From Cyanidioschyzon merolae (Eukaryota), in the NCBI GenBank assembly GCA_000091205.1, contig AP006497.2: 64,000 nucleotides of DNA. The stretch is one strand, 5' to 3'. The notes beneath the pieces were generated by a model. The model had not been told where the DNA came from, did not search any database, and was given only the letters and a program-made list of their open reading frames with translations. Position 1 is the stretch's first letter. Every line of letters begins with the position of its first letter. The position numbers were made by a program, and so were the translations under genes. Positions 48,448 to 58,106 of the stretch are shown here, in pieces.

Positions 48448-51400
48448 TCAGTCGGCAGCAAGGATTTGGGTGCCACTGCCTGAACGCCTCCGTCGTTCGG
48501 TTTCGCGAGAGCGACTCTTACTTGAGGTCACTGTTAAGCCGACAATCTCGCGGAGGACATGTCTGGCGTGTCCAATGTCGGGTAGGAAGAACTCGGCGCT
48601 GGTGGGCGCGGAGCTCCCCGCAGTCACCACCCCGGATCCGACGCTACACGTCCACGCGATACGATCGCCAGTGTCGCGTCGATAACCGCGAAGCAGCGTG
48701 TACACTTCGTTATCATCCCGTGTATCAGCGGCCAAGCAGAAAACGAGATGCCACGAGGATCCGAGATCCTGCAGAACTCGGGCTACGGCAGCAGCCCGGC
48801 TACCGCCGCTGGCTCGAAAGTCAATGCGCTTGGCGCTGCCACCCTGGTGAATGACCTCCATCGGCATGGTGGTACAGTAGTCCACGAGATGGGCTTGCAA
48901 TTCACGGGCCTGCCAGACTCCGTAATCGGGATCAGCATCGCGATAGTGCCAGGATATAGAGCGCTCTTTGATCTCGAGAAAGCTTCCCGGTGTTCGTTCG
49001 GTGTAATAGTTCAAAATAGGCAAGATTTCGTGTTTCCATTTGAGCTCGGTCTCGCTCGCATTTGCTTCGGTTGCACTCGTGGTGACTTTCCATTCAGTTA
49101 GCCGCCCAGGGTGTCGATAAAACTGTCCATCCTCTGCGATCAGGCCCATGGATAGGAGCGTGGCGTTCGCAGAGCGCTCTCCACCGGCCCGGACTTCCTC
49201 AAACCAGCTCATGAGATGGCTGCGATCCCTAGAGCTCATCAAATAGACTCGATTATTTCCGTCCGAACAGAGACGCATCAGCAAGCGCCAGAGCATTTGC
49301 GATGGCGCCGCCAGCTCAGGGACACTTTGTTGTTCTTGGATGCTTCCCTCGTAACCGAGAATGAACAAGCGATGCTGAGCACGAGCCACTTGTTGCATGA
49401 ACTCCGGAACAGTCAGCAGCTGCTGGCTATCTGGCTGCTGTTGTTGCTGCTGCGTGCTGCGCAGCTGCTGCAACTCGGAGACAAACGACTGCGCCCAGTA
49501 CGACGCTGTGTGCGTGGTAACATACCGATAGAGCTTCCAGTGCTTCATTTCACGCTCGCGATCACTCATGGTGAGTGCCTCATGCATCGCGGCTGCAAGC
49601 TCCTCGATATTCCATGGATTCACCCGAATCGCACCGGAAAGCGACTGTGCCGAGCCGGCAAACTCGCTCAGAATCAGAACACCACATTTCTCTCTCTGGC
49701 ACATAACATACTCATAGGAAACTAAGTTCATGCCGTCGCGAATCGACGTGATAACGGCAACATCAGCGACGTGATACAGGGCGCACAGCTCCTCAAAAGG
49801 AATGCTCTGATTGATAAACATGATGGGTGCATACTCCACGGAGCCGAACCTGCCGTTAATCCGTCCCACAAGCTCGTTCGTGTACGCGATCAGCTTGCGG
49901 TACTCTTCGACCTCAATTCGAGACGGGACAGCGATCTGGGCCAGTACCACTTTCTCGTGCCATTCGGGGTACTTTTTGAGCAGGGTTTCAAAAGCGAGCA
50001 GCTTGTGCGGTACCCCCTTAATGTAGTCCAAGCGATCAACCCCGATGAGAATTTTTTGCCCTCGAAATCGATTGCGCAGTTCCTCGATCCGGGCTTTGAC
50101 CAGCGCCAGCTCCATCGTTCGCAAAAACAGGTTCGGATCAATGCCGATGGGGAAAATGCCGACCCGCGCAAAATGACCGTGGAAGGCGACGCCCTTGTGT
50201 GACGACTCCAGTCCGAGGATCCTCGTACATACTGAGAGGAAATGGCGCGCATAGTCGAAGGTGTGAAAGCCAATGAGATCCGCCGCAAGGACGCCCTCGA
50301 GAATCTCCCGCCGGACAGGTAGAATCCGGTAGACCTCGCTCGAGGGAAACGGCGTGTGCAAAAAGAAACCAATTCGAGTTGAGTGACGCAGTTTTCGTCG
50401 GAGCAGTGCTGGGAGCAGCATCAAGTGATAGTCCTGAACCCAGACTGAGTCGCCCCGTCGATACACCGACATGATTGCTTCGGCAAAGCGCTGGTTGGCT
50501 GTCGTGTACGCGGCCCAATACTTGTAATCGAACTTGCGCTCTCCGTCCTGGGAAACAACCTGCAATGGAACGTAGTGGAATAGAGGCCACAGCACATCGT
50601 TGCAGAATCCATTATAGTACAGTTCGTGAAGCTCTGCGCTCAAAAATACAGGCACCAGACCGTACCTATGAAGCAGCTCCGTGGATACCTGCGTCTCGTC
50701 TGCGGGATCGACTTCGCCTCCGGGCCAACCAACCCAAATGAATGGGAGCTCACGCGGGTCCAGCGCACCCTCCAGTGCCGATACGAGGCCCCCAGAGCTC
50801 ATGGTATAGTCGTACTGCCCATCATTGCGACGCTTCATCGTAATCGGTAAGCGATTCGACACGATGATCAACTTCGGCTTACTCTCATCCTCTGATTGCA
50901 TTTCAGAGTGCATATCGGTGCGTGTGTTTCGCGGTAACGAAGCCGCACGTCGACTAACGCGCCAGGAACCAGTGTGCTCCGTGGAGGCGCGAGCCTGGGT
51001 GCCGGCTGCGTCCAGTGCCGCTGCCGTGCCGTCGCTTCCTCCAAACGCCTGGATAGCACTCGATTCGGTATCTGCTGGACTACCAGAGGCTTGCGAAAAC
51101 TGACTGGGGCCCTCAGCGATCGTTTCCCTGACGGTCTGTGTTGCTGCCGATGCGGGAAGCGATATCGTTCTGCTCAACGCAGCGGAGGCGGCGTCATCGG
51201 AACCGGTGACACCAGTCTGTTGCAGCTCACCAGCGACGGGTGTACTCTCCGCTGGTGTCCCCAAATTCAGCGGCGTTCGGTTTGTGCCACTCGGTGGATT
51301 CCCCGACTCCCGAAGGTCCATGAGCTGGAACTGGAGCTCCTGAATGCGCGACAGAAGCTCATCTTCGGTTACATGATTCGGGGATACTGACGCTCCAGCT

Positions 51401-51906
51401 AAAGGCGAGCTCTGTTCAACAGCATGCGATCGTGCATGCGATCTTCTGTACGCAGCGCCAGTCGATCGGTAGGGGTTTTCACCCCCGATCTGCCGGCCGT
51501 ACAGCGCGGCCGTGACGTCTGTGTAACTGCCCGCTCCCGACTGACCTGCACTAGAGTCTTCAAGTTCAAAGTCTGTCGAAGAGAAATCAACCACTTCTTC
51601 AACATCTTCAACGGAATCGGAACTTTGATTGTTGGCATTCATCGGCCCAGGAAAGGTCACGAGGAAAAACTCCAACGAAATCCTCTGCACTTGTTCCGCA
51701 GAAGCGAAACTGCTGCAATTTGAACGAGAAGACGCCCCGTCACGCAGTCTGATTTTCGTACAGAAGCTCCAGTTTAGCACTTGAACCGCCAATACTATAC
51801 AGAGCTGGTAGAGAGCCCGCGCTTTTTTAACAGTACGCGCGCTCCAGGTTGCAACGACCAGGGCAAGCACCAATAGCCTCACGAGTACGAAGCGATACAA
51901 TCGCAT
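48448..51906 (-). CDS. Trehalose-6-phosphate synthase (GT20) fused to a trehalose-phosphatase-like HAD domain, with a ~340-aa N-terminal extension
   Basis: The 1152-aa ORF has the GT20 core 'LIIVSNRLPI...GGLVSALEG...WVGWPG...NDVLWPLFHY...IGFFLHTPFPSSEVYR...GVDRLDYIKG'. The C-terminal TPP-like domain has HAD motif I replaced, with 'LFILGYEGSI' (~49343-49372) where 'LDYDGT' is expected, and GDD replaced by 'ADTRDD'. The N-terminus has two hydrophobic segments ('LVRLLVLALVVATW', 'LCIVLAVQVL') followed by ~280 aa of S/T/A-rich disorder. An in-frame QQQQQQ is encoded near 49430-49470. Confidence 0.9.
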   Translation of the reverse strand: MRLYRFVLVRLLVLALVVATWSARTVKKARALYQLCIVLAVQVLNWSFCTKIRLRDGASSRSNCSSFASAEQVQRISLEFFLVTFPGPMNANNQSSDSVEDVEEVVDFSSTDFELEDSSAGQSGAGSYTDVTAALYGRQIGGENPYRSTGAAYRRSHARSHAVEQSSPLAGASVSPNHVTEDELLSRIQELQFQLMDLRESGNPPSGTNRTPLNLGTPAESTPVAGELQQTGVTGSDDAASAALSRTISLPASAATQTVRETIAEGPSQFSQASGSPADTESSAIQAFGGSDGTAAALDAAGTQARASTEHTGSWRVSRRAASLPRNTRTDMHSEMQSEDESKPKLIIVSNRLPITMKRRNDGQYDYTMSSGGLVSALEGALDPRELPFIWVGWPGGEVDPADETQVSTELLHRYGLVPVFLSAELHELYYNGFCNDVLWPLFHYVPLQVVSQDGERKFDYKYWAAYTTANQRFAEAIMSVYRRGDSVWVQDYHLMLLPALLRRKLRHSTRIGFFLHTPFPSSEVYRILPVRREILEGVLAADLIGFHTFDYARHFLSVCTRILGLESSHKGVAFHGHFARVGIFPIGIDPNLFLRTMELALVKARIEELRNRFRGQKILIGVDRLDYIKGVPHKLLAFETLLKKYPEWHEKVVLAQIAVPSRIEVEEYRKLIAYTNELVGRINGRFGSVEYAPIMFINQSIPFEELCALYHVADVAVITSIRDGMNLVSYEYVMCQREKCGVLILSEFAGSAQSLSGAIRVNPWNIEELAAAMHEALTMSDREREMKHWKLYRYVTTHTASYWAQSFVSELQQLRSTQQQQQQPDSQQLLTVPEFMQQVARAQHRLFILGYEGSIQEQQSVPELAAPSQMLWRLLMRLCSDGNNRVYLMSSRDRSHLMSWFEEVRAGGERSANATLLSMGLIAEDGQFYRHPGRLTEWKVTTSATEANASETELKWKHEILPILNYYTERTPGSFLEIKERSISWHYRDADPDYGVWQARELQAHLVDYCTTMPMEVIHQGGSAKRIDFRASGGSRAAAVARVLQDLGSSWHLVFCLAADTRDDNEVYTLLRGYRRDTGDRIAWTCSVGSGVVTAGSSAPTSAEFFLPDIGHARHVLREIVGLTVTSSKSRSRETERRRRSGSGTQILAAD

Positions 51907-51974
51907 CGATACGGTTCTGGGCGCGTAGGCTCAGCGCCGATCGTCTTCTCGCACCCGTACGTTGATTGTCGCCC

Positions 51975-51991
51975 TGTGTGTGTGTGTGTGT
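51975..51991 (+). repeat. (TG)8 microsatellite
   Basis: Direct reading: 'ctgtgtgtgtgtgtgtgtag', about 70 bp upstream of the TPS start codon on the opposite strand. Confidence 0.9.
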
Positions 51992-53674
51992 AGGATCGGC
52001 ATGCGAACATCGAAACGCTTTGATCTTTTACGGTTTCATCGTAGGTCGGTTTGTTCGGATACAATATTCGGATTATGAATGCTGTATTCAAGCAGAGGAC
52101 AAGACGAAGAAGGAGCCGGTGTTTAGGAGCAAGGATGAAGTACTCGAGCAACGTCGCGAGATGCGTTGCCGCAGCTCTATCAAGGTGTCTCGTACGCTGC
52201 AAGGAAATGGAAATCAATGCACAACGACGATGGAGACAGGCGGAATCCCATTTTGCATGCAATTTGCGAAACCGTTGCTTGATCCAGCCAACGAGGCTCA
52301 GGTTCGGCAGTTCAAGGTAGACGAAGAGAAAGATCTGGTGATGAGCGTGCATCTAGGATTGAAGAATATCGTGTTTGGTGGCTCAAAACCAAACCAAGAG
52401 GCCAGCGCCAAAGAGCGGAACGGAAAACGGATTAGGCTGGTTAAATTTTCCAGGGCGCGCTCGTCAACGAGAAACGCGCGCTATAAACGCCACGAGATAC
52501 ACCGACAAATGGAGTGGCAGCCTCAGTGCTCATCCAGACGCTCTGAGCACTCTTTCGAGCAGAGAACGATGCTTCACACACTTCATGACGTGGTTGTATA
52601 AGCGTTACAATGGCTCTCGAAGAGGATTTTTTCACTCGAGTACATGAGACCGTGCTGGGGCCGCAAACGCGGCTGCGGTTGTACCAAGACGGATCGGGCA
52701 CGTTACCCAATTTGTTCAATGCGATGGAAGAGGAATTGGAAATAAACGTCGTGTCGTTTGGTGGTCGCCTAAGCTGCTGAACGCGCTGTAGCGCACAAAG
52801 GGTACCATTCTGCTCCTTCGACGAGAGCGTACAGCTTGTGCAGGAATTGATTTATCCACATTCCCATCGATGAGTACAGAGTGACATGAACAGATGACGA
52901 GCACGGTTTTACGCTGTCACAAATAGAGAAGAAATGCGAAAAACAGACCCGAATCAACGAAATGGTGTACGGTACGCTGAACAGCCGTTCAAGATCTAGA
53001 CAATCGACGTTGAGACGCGTGCGATAATGTGATTCCACACGAGCAGCCAGGTGCGCAAACCCTTTCTGCACCCAGACTACAGCGCCTCGATTAACTTCAG
53101 GAGATCTTTGGTACCCTCGGAGCATCCGGATGATTTGTCTAGAGCATATATTCGAGACAATCGTTTGGTACTCAGGGTGGGTATTGTGATGGAAAAAAAG
53201 TCGTTGATCAGCAGAAAGAGAGAGCGTGTGTGCACTCTGTATTCCTGCCCGATCGCGAGCCCATGGTATGGTACGGTTCAGCGGAATCCAGGTACATCGG
53301 AGCGCCATATACGTACATATACCGAGAATAAATTTTCTGGGCAATTCTTCAACGATAACTGTTGTGCATGATACGATATTTCTGCGTATTCGTTATCCAG
53401 AGGCGGCGTACGGGAACTCCTAGGAAACGTGGAAATACATGGACAAACCTGTCTAAACTACAGCCGAAGCCGCATTCGTCACTCCAGATGGTGGACACGC
53501 GCGCTTCCCTTCCTTCCCTGACGTCGTTTCTTTTTCTGTGCTGCCGCCTGACGCAGACTACACAGATTGCGCACTGGAGGCTAGCTTTCTGAATAGTGTA
53601 CTAGGCTCTTCGCTAATGATCATACATACCTGAGGAGCAAGTCACTTTGAGCGTTTGCGGTCCGAATCTCACAC

Positions 53675-54649
53675 ATGAAGGCGGCAGCACAAAACTTCAC
53701 GCCGAACGGTGCGAACGGGGGCCGCACCTCGCTCTTCCGCGCTGTCCTTGCAATGGCCTACTACATCACAGCAGCTTCGGGCTTGACAATATTGAACAAA
53801 AGTATTTTTTCCAGTTTTGGCTTCCGGTACCCGCTGGTGCTTGTTGAAGCACAACTCTTGTGTACACTCGGGCTCTTCGAGTTGTTGACGCGGTGTCATG
53901 CGCTCCAGCGGCCGACCTGGAGCTTCGCCAGCGCATCGAAAATGCTGCCCCTTGTTGGCTCTTACCTCGTCATGCTATTGAGCGGCATGTTTGGACTCCA
54001 GAACACGACGCTGGTCATCTATAATACGTTACGGCGTACCACTGTGGCTTTTGTTCTCGTCCTCGAGTACTTTATTTTGAACGTGTTCCCGACCCTGCCA
54101 ACGCTCTGCTGCGTCCTCGCTATGACGTTAGGTGCCACGTGGGCTGGTCTCGTGGACAGCACCTTCGATCTATACGGATACGTGATGATTTTCGTTGCGA
54201 ATGTCTCTTCAGCGTTATATGTTGTGTATGCGCGACAAGTCAAACAAACATCAGCATGGAGCAACACCGACATCCTGTACTTGAATAGCTTATTCTCCGC
54301 ACCGCTGGTGTTAGGGTTTGTGCTCTGGCGTGGTGAGTTGACACAACTCTATCGTATGGGAATCGGAGCATATCCATGGAGTTTTTATTTGATTTTTGCA
54401 TTGGCCTGTTTGATGGGCTTTATTATCAACCATTCAATCTTCTACAACACGAACACAAATTCGCCACTGACGCAGACCATCTCTGCGCAGGTCAAAGATG
54501 TGATTTTGCTCGTTGCAAGTGCACCGTTCGATGGAACCAAGGCCATCAGCGAGAATTTGGTAGGTATCTTGATCAGCCTGCTTGGCAGTGTAGCGTACTC
54601 GATCATCAAATACAGGGAGCACAGGGCGCTAACAGAGGAGCGTCACTAG
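53675..54649 (+). CDS. Nucleotide-sugar / triose-phosphate transporter family (SLC35, TPT/DMT superfamily) membrane protein
   Basis: The 324-aa ORF has about 8-10 hydrophobic helices. The N-terminal 'YYITAASGLTILNKSIFSSFGFRYPLVLVEAQLL' and C-terminal 'LLVASAPFDGTKAISENLVGILISLLGSVAYS' are typical of SLC35 family members. Length and architecture fit a Golgi/ER nucleotide-sugar transporter. Confidence 0.7.
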   Translation: MKAAAQNFTPNGANGGRTSLFRAVLAMAYYITAASGLTILNKSIFSSFGFRYPLVLVEAQLLCTLGLFELLTRCHALQRPTWSFASASKMLPLVGSYLVMLLSGMFGLQNTTLVIYNTLRRTTVAFVLVLEYFILNVFPTLPTLCCVLAMTLGATWAGLVDSTFDLYGYVMIFVANVSSALYVVYARQVKQTSAWSNTDILYLNSLFSAPLVLGFVLWRGELTQLYRMGIGAYPWSFYLIFALACLMGFIINHSIFYNTNTNSPLTQTISAQVKDVILLVASAPFDGTKAISENLVGILISLLGSVAYSIIKYREHRALTEERH

Positions 54650-55427
54650 CGCTCCCACGTTCCATGCACCTCATTGAAGTAGCCTGCGGAGATGATTTTC
54701 CTCGAAGAACGTCTCCAACGAGAGCCATTGGCTACGCGCGAGAAACCGGATGCGCTTCCAGACGCCAGTGTCGCTGCCAGGCAACCTCGCTTTGTTTTGC
54801 TGATCGCGAATGGCTACTCCGTCTACGCTGTGGACCGCTGAGATACATGTTGTGGTATTCTCAGGGGGGCGTGTCGCGTGGAAGCGGACGCAAGTTTAGA
54901 CGAGTACGTAGAGGCATGGCAGTCGTGACTGATAAGAGACGCTGACGTCCCAGCTGCGTACCGGCAATATCGACAGGCCATGAACGCCAACTGCACGGAT
55001 GCAACAAAGCGAGTCGGCTTTCCGGTGCACGCGTTTATAGCTGCCGACGGATGATGGACACTGCTGTTGTATCGCTCCTGGAGCAGAGCGCCCGCTTCTT
55101 GCGACAGTCTCCAAAATGCTGGGGATCCGCGTGGTTGCATGCCCACAAGCTCGACTGATGGGCGTGCGTTGCTCCGACGTTTGCACGCTTGCCACGTGCA
55201 TGAAACTGGTGGAACCTGAAGCGCGCTGGTCCGTTCACCATCGAACTCGAAGCAGTGCAGCGTGTCGAGTCGAGTGCATTTCAGAGCGTGTATCAAGGCG
55301 CGTCGCATGAGGCATCTGTCACGTAATTTGGCAAGAGAACCGGGGTATTCACGATGAGCGCTGTCTCGCTTCATGGAAACCGATGTTCATCGATCATTCC
55401 GCGTACGAGCTAGGATTTCGCGGCCCA

Positions 55428-58106
55428 TCAGCTGAACAGGACCCCAAACGCCCAGGTGGCAGTCTCTCGAGTCGACTTTCGACGGCCACTGATACATAGT
55501 TTTTCTACAATGGGGCGCAGCCAACCGAGCTCACGGAGTGCGGACACCGCGGCCGGGCCAAAGGTCTGTCCGATATCACCCATGACACCCACAACTGCGC
55601 GCAGCATATCCTCATCGTCCACAACCTCTTGGCTGACCTGCTCGCAGAACCGGATGACCCACTCAACTTGCTGGCGATCGATAAGAAGCCCGGCTTTCTG
55701 AGCAGCATTCAATCCGTTGATAATCCCCGTGTAAGCGTCCAGAATACACTGCCGCATTTCCAGGATCCAATCATTGGTCTCATCGTCAAGCACGGGTGTT
55801 TGCAACGTCGACCAGGCTGCGTGTTGCAAAGCGGCAATGCAGGGGTCCAGGTAAGGCTCGAAAGCTCCCTCCAGGGCCAGCGCAATATCCCCAATACAAC
55901 AGAGGATTGGAGGCTTCACTGTCCGGTTCAGGAGAGTGTTCTCGAGCGCCGCAAGCAGCACTTGGACGGTTTCAGCTGCGAAGGGCTCGAAGCGCTTCTC
56001 CAGCGCCCTACAGATATCGCTTATTGTGCCAATTGCAACCGCGCAAACATGGTAGGCCTCCCAATTGCGCACACTTGCGAGGACAAATGGCATAGCGCGA
56101 GCTGCATACGACGCAAATGCGTGTTCCACTGCGGAGGCAATCGAACCAAGGGCCATCAAGGCATCCTCGTGCACTGCAACGGAACGATTTCGATTGAGCA
56201 CTTGCAGAATCATCTCCACTAGGCGAGAGGTAGTACCCTCCAGTAGCGGTGGATCAAGATGCTGGACGAATACCTGAATGAGTCCGCATAAGAGGCCTTG
56301 AATTTCTATCTGGAACGCTGGCTGATTTGCAGACGCTGCAAGCATCGCATCAGATTCCTGTAACGCCCTTTCCAGGCTGTGCATGGTGAGCGGTAAATAC
56401 TCTCGGGCTAGTGACCTGGCATTTTCAGGTGAGCTCTGCTGCACCAAAGCAATCAGCGTTTCGTACGACGATGCCAACAAGTTCCATTCATCCGCATCAT
56501 CGCGTTGCGCCGTCTGCCACAAGGCGTTCGCCAGCGTCAACGTAGCCGCCGAAATACTTGCCAGCGCTTCCGCCGACTCGTGTTGTGTTTCTATCAAGGA
56601 GGTGAGGGCGTAACAGGCACTTCGTGCAACCCGAGGAGTATCCGCAAGCGCTCTCATCAGTGCGGTCAGTGCCGCTTCTATGACATTCGCATTGAGGTGC
56701 GTTACCAGATGGGCAATCAAGCGACCGAGGCTCCATGCTGCTGTATCGCGGACTGCCTCGTTCTGCGCGGTTTCCAGCATCCGCAGGGGAAGCGCGAAAA
56801 CTTCCAGTGTGGTCTGCTCGTCGTTGGCGCTCGTAAACGTCACTGCGATGGAGCCGACAGCGACCAGTGCCGCCTCGTGGGATCGCCAATCCCGTTGAAC
56901 ATCCAGATGCTCTCGAATAAATGGCACAGCAGCCTCCAGTGTTGCTTTCGGAGCGACCTGCGCAAACAGAGAAACGCATGCACTTGCAGCTAGGACTCGA
57001 TTCCAGTTCTCGCCTTCGACGTCCTCGTCCTCGTCGCGCCGGATCAGACACTGAGTGAGGAGCGGAATTAGCGCTGGCGCTGCCTGCTCCACGATCCCCA
57101 AGTACGCTGTCTCTAGCGTGCCATTCTGTAAGAGTTGATGCTCTTCCAGACGCTTGATCTCGACATCGGCCACGGATGACCAGAACTCTATCGCTTGCAC
57201 CGCAACATCCTCCTGATCGTACTGAATCGCATGACATGTGAGCTGAAAAGCCATCTCGATAAAAGTGAGTGGTGGATTAGAGGGGCTCGGACAGGCAAGT
57301 TTCTCATAATACTGGCTCGCTATACCAACCAGGCACTCGTAGGCGCTGCGTCGGAGCTCGGCATCGGCAGGCTCAGCCGCCGCCATCATCACGGTGCGCA
57401 TGATCATATCGCGCTCGACTTCGTTCTCCATATTCTGTGCGACGAAAGCCAAGGCGTTGAAGAGCGCAGTCGTTGCAGCCCGTCGAACGAGCGTATTCTC
57501 CTTCGGAACGGGCGGCTCGGTGGGCGTGGTCTCATGATCGCCGCGCATGCCTTGAACCAGCGCCGTTAGGATCAGGTTCGACTGGTGGGCGATAACCCCC
57601 GCGACGGACGGTTCCTCGCAAATGTAGCCCAGTGCCTCGACACAGCCGTGTTTCAGAGCATCGCTAGAACCAGCCTGGGTCAGCGGTTGGACCAGCTGCT
57701 CGATCAGTTGGGGCCACTGGCCGTGCGGAAGCTCCACCACCGCAACCTGAGCGAGCGCTTGCGCAGCCTGTCGTCGGACTGAGGCTCCCCCCTGTACAGT
57801 ACCCAGCGCCTGAATAAGCACACAGTGTACTTGCTTTCGCTCTGCAGCACCAATCTGAGCAAGCCAGCGCTCTGTAGCGCCCTCTTTTGCGGAGCCAAAA
57901 CGCCCACTGAGCGAGTTTTTGAGCAGGATACCCGCCAACTGTCGCGCTTGAATCGGCGCCGTCCCATCGGCCAACAGCCCAACTAGATCAAGCACGAATC
58001 GTACGTATTCATCGTTTTCCAGACGAAATAACTCTGCTTCGGCGGCCTCTCGAGCTTGATGATCTGGTGATTGCGCCTGTAACAGCAGAGGCGCGAGCTG
58101 ACTCAT
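55428..58106 (-). CDS. KPNB1: Importin subunit beta-1 (karyopherin beta / Kap95)
   Basis: The 892-aa ORF is all HEAT repeats. The N-terminal importin-N region 'LLQAQSPDHQAREAAEAELFRLENDEY..FVLDLVGLLADGTAPIQARQLAGILLKNSL' parallels human KPNB1 '[60 protein letters not shown]'. The length also matches. Confidence 0.9.
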   Translation of the reverse strand: MSQLAPLLLQAQSPDHQAREAAEAELFRLENDEYVRFVLDLVGLLADGTAPIQARQLAGILLKNSLSGRFGSAKEGATERWLAQIGAAERKQVHCVLIQALGTVQGGASVRRQAAQALAQVAVVELPHGQWPQLIEQLVQPLTQAGSSDALKHGCVEALGYICEEPSVAGVIAHQSNLILTALVQGMRGDHETTPTEPPVPKENTLVRRAATTALFNALAFVAQNMENEVERDMIMRTVMMAAAEPADAELRRSAYECLVGIASQYYEKLACPSPSNPPLTFIEMAFQLTCHAIQYDQEDVAVQAIEFWSSVADVEIKRLEEHQLLQNGTLETAYLGIVEQAAPALIPLLTQCLIRRDEDEDVEGENWNRVLAASACVSLFAQVAPKATLEAAVPFIREHLDVQRDWRSHEAALVAVGSIAVTFTSANDEQTTLEVFALPLRMLETAQNEAVRDTAAWSLGRLIAHLVTHLNANVIEAALTALMRALADTPRVARSACYALTSLIETQHESAEALASISAATLTLANALWQTAQRDDADEWNLLASSYETLIALVQQSSPENARSLAREYLPLTMHSLERALQESDAMLAASANQPAFQIEIQGLLCGLIQVFVQHLDPPLLEGTTSRLVEMILQVLNRNRSVAVHEDALMALGSIASAVEHAFASYAARAMPFVLASVRNWEAYHVCAVAIGTISDICRALEKRFEPFAAETVQVLLAALENTLLNRTVKPPILCCIGDIALALEGAFEPYLDPCIAALQHAAWSTLQTPVLDDETNDWILEMRQCILDAYTGIINGLNAAQKAGLLIDRQQVEWVIRFCEQVSQEVVDDEDMLRAVVGVMGDIGQTFGPAAVSALRELGWLRPIVEKLCISGRRKSTRETATWAFGVLFS

